This document shows positions 49,734 to 58,038 of a stretch of 64,000 nucleotides of DNA, one piece after another. The notes beneath the pieces were generated by a model, which worked only from the letters and a program-made list of their open reading frames with translations, ran no database searches and had not been told where the DNA came from. The first letter of the stretch is position 1; every line of letters begins with the position of its first letter. The position numbers were made by a program, and so were the translations under genes. Origin of the DNA: Candidatus Bathyarchaeia archaeon. GTDB taxonomy: Archaea > Thermoproteota > Bathyarchaeia > TCS64. The stretch spans positions 32,001-96,000 of the forward strand of contig JBEKDF010000002.1 in assembly GCA_050014495.1 (NCBI GenBank), written 5' to 3'.

Positions 49734-50298
49734 CACCTATTACTCTGAGAATATCCTCGTTTATCTCAGGGATCGATCGGTTTCCGTCGAGTATTACCCA
49801 TTTACCGTAGGAAACGAGGTCCAGTGCCTTGTCCAATGTCTTGCTAAGCTCGTCTATCGTCTCGAACCTCTCGGTCTTGACCCTATTGTTGACAATACGT
49901 CGGAACGCCTCGTTGGGGGAGACATTTAGGAAGATGAGGCTACCCCTCGTTGGGACAATCTTGGCGAAGAAGTTGTAGGCGAGCTTGTGGGCGGGGGCAG
50001 GAAGGTACGCTGTCCCCATAAGGTATCGTACGAATATGACGTAGTCGACTCTTCTCCATGCGTACAGGGTTATGCTCCTGATCACGTCAGCTAGGTAGAA
50101 GAGACTCGCAGCCATGTGCGCCTTCTTCCCCTCGACGAAGAGGTACTCACGCCCCTTTACGCCAAAGAAGTTGTCCTCGCTGGGGTGGCTCCTGAGGACG
50201 TAGGTCTTCCCCCTACTCCTCAGGTGCTTAGCGAGCATCTCAGCCTGCGTGCTCTTTCCCGAGGCGTCGAGTCCATCGATGACTACGAGCATGGACAT
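49726..50298 (-). CDS. Thymidylate-kinase-like NMP kinase
   Basis: DGLDASGKST P-loop; VRY in place of DRY; RFE. Confidence 0.8.
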   Translation of the reverse strand: MSMLVVIDGLDASGKSTQAEMLAKHLRSRGKTYVLRSHPSEDNFFGVKGREYLFVEGKKAHMAASLFYLADVIRSITLYAWRRVDYVIFVRYLMGTAYLPAPAHKLAYNFFAKIVPTRGSLIFLNVSPNEAFRRIVNNRVKTERFETIDELSKTLDKALDLVSYGKWVILDGNRSIPEINEDILRVIGVK

Positions 50299-50996
50299 CA
50301 GAGGCCTCCTATGAGGAGAATGAACGTCAGTGCCCCAACAAGAGGAACAGCGACGTTATCGAGCCCCTTTGGTGACGCACCCTCTACGACCGTGACGAGG
50401 CAGGCTATGGCGAATGCGGGTACGATGGGGTTGAAGGTGAAGGGGTAGAGAAGGCCGAAGTAGATGAAGGCGAAGGTGAGGCTGACGAAGCTCCCGAGGA
50501 ACATGCCGATGCTCCCCTCGAGGCTCTTCGTCTCAAAAATCTTGTATTTGTGTCTCCCAAAGTACTCGCCGAAGATGGCTGCGAGGCTGTCACCGTAGGC
50601 CATGGGGAATATACCCGCTGCAACAATGTATGGCTTGACGCCGAAGAGATAAGCGAGGGCACTATAGCTCATAGCGTAGAGGACGAGGCCCCAATGGTGT
50701 CCCTCCTCGGTCAGGTTGCTGAGTCCCTTCATCTTCTCCCCCAGCTTGATGGGCGAGTTCGGGGTGGCGAGGAGAGTTACGAGTATGAACGGGCTGGCGA
50801 CCAGGAAGGGGTAGATGCTCGCTGTGAAGAAGGGCATGATGAGTGGGAGGTTCCCAATCATGGCGTGCAGGACCTTACGGCTTACCTTCCTTGGCATGCG
50901 GAGACGTGGGGAGACGACGATGAGCGCTACAATATAGGCGTAGCACACCGCCATCACCGCCAGGTTCCACGTGAACTCATCCAATGCCCGTACCAC
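50298..50996 (-). CDS. Dolichol/phytol-kinase family (CTP-dependent polyprenol kinase)
   Basis: SRK.LH, GD..AA..G...G, KSLEGS, DN..VP; polytopic membrane protein. Confidence 0.88.
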   Translation of the reverse strand: MVRALDEFTWNLAVMAVCYAYIVALIVVSPRLRMPRKVSRKVLHAMIGNLPLIMPFFTASIYPFLVASPFILVTLLATPNSPIKLGEKMKGLSNLTEEGHHWGLVLYAMSYSALAYLFGVKPYIVAAGIFPMAYGDSLAAIFGEYFGRHKYKIFETKSLEGSIGMFLGSFVSLTFAFIYFGLLYPFTFNPIVPAFAIACLVTVVEGASPKGLDNVAVPLVGALTFILLIGGL

Positions 50997-51101
50997 CGGA
51001 GACAGATAGACCTCCTAACCCGACGCCTTTATCAGCGTTCTGGGAGCCCAAGGTTTATTTTAACGGGTCACGAAAGATCAACTGTTTCTGGAGTTGAAAG
51101 A

Positions 51102-51704
51102 ATGAAAGAATATGTTCTACCTAAACTACCCTACGCCTACGAAGCGCTTGAGCCCGTCATCGACGCTGCGACGGTCACTCTCCACCACGATAAGCACCAT
51201 AACGCCTACGTGGCCGGGTTCAATGGAACCCTGAAGAAGGTCGTCGAGGCCAGGGAGAAGGGCGACTACGCGACGATCAAGGCACTGGATAAGGATCTCG
51301 CTTTCCATGGGAGCGGGGTCGTCCTCCACAACATGTACTGGGAGAACCTCTGCCCCAAAGCGGAGTGCAAGGAGCCGATATCTGGTCCCTTCATGGAACA
51401 GGTGAAGGCTGACTTCAGCGACCTCGCCAAGCTGAAGGCGGAGATGAGTGCAGCTGCGAAGGCGGTGGAGGGCTCCGGTTGGGCCATCCTTGTATGGGAG
51501 CCCGCGTCTAAGCAACTCCTAGTGCTTCAGGCGGAGAATCACCAGAAGTTGACCATCTGGGGCGTCGTCCCACTCCTCGTCATAGACGTCTGGGAGCACG
51601 CCTACTACCTCAAGTACCAGAACAACCGCGCAGGTTACGTCGATGCCCTCTGGGGCATCGTGAACTGGGCCACGGTTGAGAAGCGGTTCAAGGCGGTCAA
51701 GTAG
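51102..51704 (+). CDS. sod: Fe/Mn superoxide dismutase
   Basis: HHDKHH, H..YW, GSGW, DVWEHAYY; true start 51102, not 50550. Confidence 0.97.
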   Translation: MKEYVLPKLPYAYEALEPVIDAATVTLHHDKHHNAYVAGFNGTLKKVVEAREKGDYATIKALDKDLAFHGSGVVLHNMYWENLCPKAECKEPISGPFMEQVKADFSDLAKLKAEMSAAAKAVEGSGWAILVWEPASKQLLVLQAENHQKLTIWGVVPLLVIDVWEHAYYLKYQNNRAGYVDALWGIVNWATVEKRFKAVK

Positions 51705-51717
51705 CCACCACCGTTTT

Positions 51718-52680
51718 TTAGAAGGTCACGTTCTTCTGCTCGGGTACCGTGAAGGGTGGCCTTTTGCCTTCTAGGAATGCCTTTATGCTCTCAGCGCAGC
51801 GCTCCGCCATCTTACGACGCGTTTCCCAAGTGGCGGAGGCCATGTGTGGGGTGACTATGACATTGTCCAGCTTGAATAGCTCCTCGGTGAGTGGGGCTGG
51901 TTCGATCTCAAAGACGTCAAGGGCCGCGCCCGCGATATTCCCAGACTTAAGCGCCTCGGTAAGCGCTTTCTGGTCGATGACGGGGCCGCGGCTCGTGTTG
52001 ATGACTATTGCACTCTTCTTCATCATCTGGAACTGCTTTGTGCTGAGTATCCCCTTCGTGGTGGAGATGAGAGGGACGTGGACACTGATGATATCAGAAG
52101 TCCTGAGGAGTTCATCGAAGGTGACGTACGTGATGTTATACTGCGCCTCGATGTCCTGACGGCGCACGACGTCATAGTAGATCATCTTGACGCCAAAGCC
52201 CCTGCCCCGCTTCGTCACCTCGACCCCAATCCTGCCGAGGCCGAGGAGACCGAGGGTCTTCCCACCCATGTCCCAGCCAAATGGGAAACCCTTCCGTTTC
52301 TTCGCCCACTCCACGCGGGTGTACCTGTCGGCCTCGGGTATACGGCGCATCCAGCCGAGGATGAGCGCCCAGGTGAGGTCTGCAACAGCGTCGCTGAGTA
52401 CATCCGGTGTGTGACAGACGTAGACGCCATGACGGGTGCAGGCGTCGACGTCGACAGAGTCGTAGCCCACGCCAAAGCGTGAGACTAGCTTGAGCTTTGG
52501 TGCCTTGGCGAGGAAGTCCTCGTTGACGTTCTCACCAGCGGCGAGGAGGACAACGGTATCACTTAGCTGTCCCGAGTAGTCGCCAGAGACGCGCACGACA
52601 TCGGCGAGGGGACGGAGCCCATCAGCTACATCCTCCGGGAAGTTGTCACTTTTATAACCGACGAGTACCTTCGGCTTCAT
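51718..52680 (-). CDS. D-2-hydroxyacid dehydrogenase (glyoxylate reductase-like)
   Basis: GVGYD.VD, G.GRIG, NTSRG, LDVFE.EP, TPH.AS. Confidence 0.93.
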   Translation of the reverse strand: MKPKVLVGYKSDNFPEDVADGLRPLADVVRVSGDYSGQLSDTVVLLAAGENVNEDFLAKAPKLKLVSRFGVGYDSVDVDACTRHGVYVCHTPDVLSDAVADLTWALILGWMRRIPEADRYTRVEWAKKRKGFPFGWDMGGKTLGLLGLGRIGVEVTKRGRGFGVKMIYYDVVRRQDIEAQYNITYVTFDELLRTSDIISVHVPLISTTKGILSTKQFQMMKKSAIVINTSRGPVIDQKALTEALKSGNIAGAALDVFEIEPAPLTEELFKLDNVIVTPHMASATWETRRKMAERCAESIKAFLEGKRPPFTVPEQKNVTF

Positions 52681-52727
52681 AACAATCGTGTAATTGTTAG
52701 GTGTACCCGGTTAAAAGTGTCGAGGGA

Positions 52728-52997
52728 CTACCTCTTACGGTATACGCGGAACTTTACGTCGTTCCACCTGTCAGGACACTCATACTTGAACTCCTCCGGG
52801 TCGACCCATGGTATCTTGCCGCCGTAGCAGCAGTTCATCAGCGTCGGGAAGAGGTCGTGGTAGCAATATCCACAGATCCCGCCAGTCTTGTGTGTGTTCA
52901 CCTCGAACCTGTCCCCTACTTTGTGGCTAGCGTTGCACTCTTTCGCGACGTGTGTAACCTCGGCTACGTAGACTGGTTCGTCCGACAATTCCTTCAC
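52728..52997 (-). CDS. TIGR04076-like small Cys-rich protein
   Basis: C...HKVGD.F, GIC......L.P, CPD. Confidence 0.75.
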   Translation of the reverse strand: MKELSDEPVYVAEVTHVAKECNASHKVGDRFEVNTHKTGGICGYCYHDLFPTLMNCCYGGKIPWVDPEEFKYECPDRWNDVKFRVYRKR

Positions 52998-53073
52998 CGG
53001 ATGAACCTATATGGGGAGTGTACTAAAGCGATTCGGGGGAGGGGTTTTAGCCACCGGACCCTGTTCAATACTC

Positions 53074-53964
53074 ATGACGCTTTACAACGAGATAGTCAAG
53101 GAAACGAAGGGATTCGAGAAGGTGCTGGGCGTCGCTGTGAAGCACCTAGGGACTGGTGAGGAGGCGGGCTTCAATGGGGACGAGCTGTTCCCGACTGCGA
53201 GCGTCTTCAAGGTCCCAGTCATCGTTGAGCTGTACAGACAGGTTGAGGCGGGGAGGCTAAGCCTCGACGACAAGCTGGTGTTGAAGGACTCGGTTAAGGT
53301 CCCTGGCTCTGGCATCCTGAAGGAACTCAGCGAGGGACTTGAGGTCACCGTCAGGGATCTGAGCCAGCTGATGATGATCCTGAGCGATAATACAGCAACC
53401 GACATTATAGTGGAGAGGGTTGGGAAGGAGAACGTCACCGCGGCGATGCGGAGGCTGGGGCTAAGGAACACCTTGGTAGTTGCCGACTGCAGGGACATGC
53501 TCTTCGACCTCGTGGGGGAGAACGGTCTGCCAGATGAAGAAAAGACCTTGGACCTCTACCTCAAGTTGGCGAAGTTGGGGACGAATAAGGGGTCTTGGAG
53601 CCTCGGGACGGAGAGGAACAACATTACGACACCCGTGGAGATGAATCGACTTCTGGGCTTCATCGTAGATGCTACAGCGGCGGGGAGAGCGAGCTGCGAT
53701 GCGATCCTAGCCACGATGGGGAAGTGCCAGACAGGGGAGTATAGGGTGCCAAAATACCTCCCATCAGAGAAGGTGAGAATGCAGAGGAAGACTGGAAGCC
53801 TACCGGGGATCAGAAATGACGTGGGTGTCATTACGATCCTTGCGACTGGGGAGAAGTATTGCTTCAGCTGCTTCACAAAGGGAGCGTTGGATGTCTACGC
53901 GGTGGAGGAGGCAATAGCCAGGGTCAGCAGGAACGTCTACCAGTACTTCACCAGTGGGAAGTAG
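53074..53964 (+). CDS. Class A beta-lactamase-like serine hydrolase
   Basis: F..ASVFK, SDNTA, KTG, RNDVG. Confidence 0.88.
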   Translation: MTLYNEIVKETKGFEKVLGVAVKHLGTGEEAGFNGDELFPTASVFKVPVIVELYRQVEAGRLSLDDKLVLKDSVKVPGSGILKELSEGLEVTVRDLSQLMMILSDNTATDIIVERVGKENVTAAMRRLGLRNTLVVADCRDMLFDLVGENGLPDEEKTLDLYLKLAKLGTNKGSWSLGTERNNITTPVEMNRLLGFIVDATAAGRASCDAILATMGKCQTGEYRVPKYLPSEKVRMQRKTGSLPGIRNDVGVITILATGEKYCFSCFTKGALDVYAVEEAIARVSRNVYQYFTSGK

Positions 53965-54081
53965 CGATACATTGCGGACTACTATTTATCACGAATTTGG
54001 GTTTATTTCGGCACTCAACTCGACCTTTTTTCTGCGTCGGGCTTAAATTTTTGGGAAAAATGATTTACAAGCACCAACCTA

Positions 54082-54152
54082 AAACATGTTTACACACTTA
54101 TGTGCTTAAGCACCTAAATACATGTCCTTATAAGTGGGTATGTGCATATGTG
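54082..54152 (+). promoter_or_regulatory. Promoter/operator region of the RHH gene
   Basis: Palindromes AAACATGTTT (54082-91) and GTGCTTAAGCAC (54102-13); TATA CTTATAAG (54127-34); three TATGTG copies. Confidence 0.55.
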
Positions 54153-54262
54153 TATTTGCGGGTAAGCAAGGAGAGTTAAGTGAGCCGCAGAATCCTGTGG
54201 GTGACTTGCTTGCCAGAAGACCGTTTAGCGCGGTGCAGGAAAAAGGATAGTTGAGATAGAAG

Positions 54263-54412
54263 ATGGGTCGAATAAACGTGGAACTCTCGGACGATATTGA
54301 GAAGAAGCTCCGGTTTAAGACGATCGAGGAGTTCGGCGGGAAAAAGGGGGACCTCTCACGGGCGATAGAGGAAGCCGTGAAGAAGTGGGTCACCCCAGAA
54401 CAGGACGCATAA
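54263..54412 (+). CDS. Ribbon-helix-helix (CopG-like) DNA-binding protein, 49 aa (not in ORF track)
   Basis: MGRINVELSDDIEKKLRFKTIEEFGGKKGDLSRAIEEAVKKW: strand-helix-helix pattern. Confidence 0.85.
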   Translation: MGRINVELSDDIEKKLRFKTIEEFGGKKGDLSRAIEEAVKKWVTPEQDA

Positions 54413-54564
54413 AGGGACACGTCGGTAGCTAACCCGAATAAGGTAATCGGCCCCCTCCGCGGGCGCGGTGCAAAATGAGTGCACTATTAGAAGCGCACGC
54501 GGGGGATAGATAGGCACCCGGTTTCTATGGGAAGAATAGCAAGTGAAGGAAGAAGAAAAAAACA

Positions 54565-55026
54565 ATGACAATTCAAAACATGAACGCGGATGAACGCAGA
54601 TTGATGATACTCAGGGGAATAGGGCAGGACCACACAACCATAGAGATCGCCGCCGAGATGGGTGTCAGGAAATGGATGGTGCTAAACGACCTAAGAGCGA
54701 TGAACTACAGTAGAGACCCTGAGCTCAAACAGGCCTACCTCGATAAGGAGACACGAGCACACGCCGGTAAACTGTCGCTGGTCAACATAAGGGATGAGAG
54801 GTTCCACAATATGACTGGGATGACCTTCCAAGAGAAGAACTTCGAGAACATGATTAATTACTACAAGGCGGAGCTAGATTTGATATACAAGTCGAAAGAC
54901 GAGTTCACCGCTATCACGGGTCTATCTGGTGATATTCGTAAGACACTGAAGCGCAACGATATCCTAACAGGGCACAGAGGCAAGATCCAGCTTACAGCGA
55001 AGGCACGCGACTATCTCAGAAACTAG
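54565..55026 (+). CDS. Hypothetical protein with N-terminal HTH
   Basis: T..EIAAEMGV....V..DL. Confidence 0.7.
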   Translation: MTIQNMNADERRLMILRGIGQDHTTIEIAAEMGVRKWMVLNDLRAMNYSRDPELKQAYLDKETRAHAGKLSLVNIRDERFHNMTGMTFQEKNFENMINYYKAELDLIYKSKDEFTAITGLSGDIRKTLKRNDILTGHRGKIQLTAKARDYLRN

Positions 55027-55036
55027 GTGAGACTAA

Positions 55037-55321
55037 TTGAGTTTCGAACAAGTGGAACGCATATCATACAACAAGAATCCCCAAGGGAGACCCGACTCTA
55101 AGACCGTCTTCTCTGATGTAATAAAATATCTGCCAAACGATCTCCTCATAGGGATCACGATTCTGCTACAGGACACGGGCTACATTACTATTAGGCCTAT
55201 AAAATTGGCGAGGATGGATTGGTCCCGGCTCGATAGAAGTGTGAAGAAGATGGGTGGTATATGGGTTTCCAGCACAAGCCTAAGTCACTGGAGCATCCCG
55301 CTGACACGTCTCAACCAGTAA
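55037..55321 (+). CDS. Hypothetical protein
   Basis: GGTGA RBS before TTG; 94-codon ORF. Confidence 0.6.
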   Translation: MSFEQVERISYNKNPQGRPDSKTVFSDVIKYLPNDLLIGITILLQDTGYITIRPIKLARMDWSRLDRSVKKMGGIWVSSTSLSHWSIPLTRLNQ

Positions 55322-55354
55322 TAATAACACTTTTCTTAATTATTCGAGTGACAT

Positions 55355-55478
55355 AGGGATAGTGTAGCGCGCCCTTGACCCGATGAAGCGCTAATTGGTC
55401 CCGTTTCATTAGCGATTCAGCAGAACCGGACAGGGACGGGACCCACTTCAGCTATTGAAAAGGATATCCACTATCCCT
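55355..55478 (+). ncRNA. Candidate structured RNA or inverted-repeat element
   Basis: 10-bp terminal IR enclosing interleaved 7-bp and 11-bp helices. Confidence 0.35.
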
Positions 55479-55482
55479 TTAC

Positions 55483-55809
55483 TCATTTGTCCTTCTCCTC
55501 GTCTTCCCCGCGCTCTTCCTCCTCCTTCTCCTCAGGAGTCTCTATGGCAAATTCTTCTTCGTTTTCCCATTCTTCCCTATCTTCTTTCTCATCCTCTTGG
55601 TCCTCCTCATCTTCTTTTTCGGTTTCTTCCTCGTCGTGTTCTTTTTCCTGTTCTTCCTCGTGCTCGGCCTCACGGTTTTCGTTATCCTTCTCTGAACAGG
55701 TGATGATCATCTTATCATCGGGTGAGTCTTCATCATCGTGGAACAGCACCTTGATTGTCCCGCACGGATACAATTCTTTCACTACTTCGTAGACGCCGCA
55801 TTCTTGCAT
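55483..55809 (-). CDS. Small Cys-containing protein with very acidic tail
   Basis: About 40-aa Cys-bearing head, then about 65 aa dominated by E/D; TTAAA upstream. Confidence 0.65.
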   Translation of the reverse strand: MQECGVYEVVKELYPCGTIKVLFHDDEDSPDDKMIITCSEKDNENREAEHEEEQEKEHDEEETEKEDEEDQEDEKEDREEWENEEEFAIETPEEKEEEERGEDEEKDK

Positions 55810-55924
55810 GGTTAGTCAGTGGAAATTCCCAAACTTTAATCCTCCTGATCCCAAGCGCGCGCTTGCTAGTAGTTCGTCCTAGCTTTCAGGGATTATACGC
55901 ACGGAAGAATGAGAAAATTGTGTT

Positions 55925-57115
55925 CTAGGGTGTGCTATCCGGGCTTTGGTCTCGTTGGGACTGTTCCCTGTTATTTTCTCCGCGTCGGGCAGTGTGGGGG
56001 CCACTTTTTGTCTTCATCATCTCTTTCTCGAGTGTGTTGAGCATGTCTTCGAATGTTTGCAGCATATCGAACCCTTCTCCGTGGGCGTTTATCTGCTCGG
56101 TGGCGCTGATGACCCTCGCCGACATCTCGTACCTGTTTCGCTCCCCTCCTTCGTTCGTCTTCTTGATGACTATCGAGACCTCACTTATATTCGGGTGGAC
56201 CCTCATCCCCTTCTTAATGACTCGGTCGACCTTAGCCTCGGCTTCAGCTCGGTCGAAAAAGTCCTCTTTACTGAGTCCAACTATTTGGATGGGTAACTCC
56301 TTGGTTAGGGGGCGTCTTGCTATGAGAGCAAGTAGCTCACGAGGGGTGATTATGCCTTGGATCATACCCTGGTCTATTAACAAGCAGGCGCTCTTCGTCC
56401 TGTCCCTAAAGCCGCGAGCGACTTCGAGGGCTGAGGCGTCGACGCCAACCGTCAGCGGCTGCTCGTCCATTATCCCGCCCAGCTCACCCCTATACTTGGC
56501 TGTGTTCTCACTGGGCTTCTCACCCAGCTTGCTGCGCCCCTGAGGTTTGAGGAATATCTGAATGAGGTCCTGCGCTGTAACCATGCCGACGAGCTTTCCG
56601 TCACGGGTTACGGGGATGTGGCTGAATCCCTTATCGAGCATGGTGCTCCGCGCCTTCGAGATCGCCTCCTTGGCATCCATGCTAGTCACCGGCGTCTTAG
56701 CCAGGTCCTTCGCTGGGAATGCCTCCAGTTCGGGGCTGTCGGCCATAGCCTTTACTATATCGAGTTGGGAAATGATTCCCACGGGTTTGGCCCCCTCAAC
56801 AACGGGGAGAGCCCTCTCGTTTATCCTGACTAGCTCAGCCGCTACGCCGGTCACGATACTATCCGGTGTGACCTGCGTTAGGGGCTTCCATAGATGCACA
56901 AGCTTTGTGCTCTCGGGCCGAGAGACGTTGAGTAGGTGTCTGAGGGTAATCAGGCCGACCTTGTCTCCCGCTTGTACCGCTGCCTCGTAGCGGCCCGTCC
57001 TCTCAAGTTCACCGAGGACCCTGCTAACGGATTCTTCGGGTGAGAAGAGTACAAGACGCTTGTCGAGAAGTGTGGAGATCTCTGTTCGGCCCAATTCATC
57101 GAGGCTCTTTGTCAT
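55925..57115 (-). CDS. 4x CBS domain protein with C-terminal HPF/RaiA-like domain (ribosome hibernation factor candidate)
   Basis: Two CBS pairs, then a beta-alpha-beta-beta-beta-alpha tail (IQIVG..; EVSIVIK; RYEMSARV; AHGEGFDMLQTF..L..LEK). Confidence 0.8.
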   Translation of the reverse strand: MTKSLDELGRTEISTLLDKRLVLFSPEESVSRVLGELERTGRYEAAVQAGDKVGLITLRHLLNVSRPESTKLVHLWKPLTQVTPDSIVTGVAAELVRINERALPVVEGAKPVGIISQLDIVKAMADSPELEAFPAKDLAKTPVTSMDAKEAISKARSTMLDKGFSHIPVTRDGKLVGMVTAQDLIQIFLKPQGRSKLGEKPSENTAKYRGELGGIMDEQPLTVGVDASALEVARGFRDRTKSACLLIDQGMIQGIITPRELLALIARRPLTKELPIQIVGLSKEDFFDRAEAEAKVDRVIKKGMRVHPNISEVSIVIKKTNEGGERNRYEMSARVISATEQINAHGEGFDMLQTFEDMLNTLEKEMMKTKSGPHTARRGENNREQSQRDQSPDSTP

Positions 57116-57277
57116 GGTGAAAACACTGATCGATCTGAGGAATTGAAGGATTTATACCCTCCCCGACGACGTGAAACAATTTCTTCGTTGAATTGATTTC
57201 CTCTTTTTCCAATCCTCGAGCAGTCTACGCCTCGGTATCCTTTTAGTCGATACCTCCTCTACTCTCTTGATATTTAC

Positions 57278-58015
57278 ATGTCACAGGTTGAGGGGCGTAA
57301 CCCGGTTCTTGAGACGCTGAAGCGTGGCGGGGTTCGTAAACTGCTCGTAGTCGAGGGGACGACGAGCGATCCCAAGGTGAAGGAGATCGTTGAGTTAGCT
57401 AAGAGGCGTGGAGCGCCGATCGAGTTCGTAGAGAAGCTTGTGTTGGATAAGATGACTGAGACGAATCACCACCAGGGGGTTATCGCCCTCGTTGAGGCCC
57501 CTGGATACGTCGCACTCAACCGCGTCATAGAGAAGGCGGGGAGGGAGCCCTGCGTGATCATCCTCGACGGTGTGCAGGACCCCCAGAACTTTGGCAGCAT
57601 ACTCCGCACAGCGGACGCGACTGGGGTTGATGTGATTCTCATCCCCAAGAAGGAGGGGGTCGGCCTAACCCCGACTGTTCTCCGCGTGAGCATGGGGGGA
57701 GGCGCTTATGTGCCAGTGGCAAAAGAGAACATCTACCCAGCCGTCAAATTCCTCAAGGACGAGGGCTTCAAGATAGTCGCTGTGGATACTTCCGGGGACA
57801 AGGACCTCTGGGAGGAGGACCTATCAAGTGCGGTTGCCTTCGTCTTCGGCAGTGAAGGGGAGGGGATAAGCCCCACCCTACGAGACAAGTGCGACTCAAT
57901 CGTCAAGATACCGATGAAAGGCCACGTCTCCAGCCTCAACGTCGGCGTCTCAGCAGCCGTGGTACTATATGAGCGGCTTCGCCAGCGCCAGGCTAAGCAG
58001 CAACGACATGCATGA
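57278..58015 (+). CDS. rlmB: SpoU family 23S rRNA 2'-O-methyltransferase RlmB-like
   Basis: GRNPV.E, HQGV, DPQNFGSI.R, GSEG.G, IPM.G.V.SLNV. Confidence 0.9.
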   Translation: MSQVEGRNPVLETLKRGGVRKLLVVEGTTSDPKVKEIVELAKRRGAPIEFVEKLVLDKMTETNHHQGVIALVEAPGYVALNRVIEKAGREPCVIILDGVQDPQNFGSILRTADATGVDVILIPKKEGVGLTPTVLRVSMGGGAYVPVAKENIYPAVKFLKDEGFKIVAVDTSGDKDLWEEDLSSAVAFVFGSEGEGISPTLRDKCDSIVKIPMKGHVSSLNVGVSAAVVLYERLRQRQAKQQRHA

Positions 58016-58038
58016 GGACCGCTTTTACCAGGTTTTGA

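Noticed and set aside
50550..51101. 184-aa N-terminal extension on SOD in the ORF track
   Set aside because: It is the antisense shadow of the polyprenol kinase gene; SOD has its own TATA and an ATG at 51102
53965..54160. AT-rich stretch as a replication origin
   Set aside because: No ORB-like repeats and no cdc6/orc1 gene in the window
55487..55792. Ser-rich + strand ORFs
   Set aside because: They are the antisense of the Glu-rich gene
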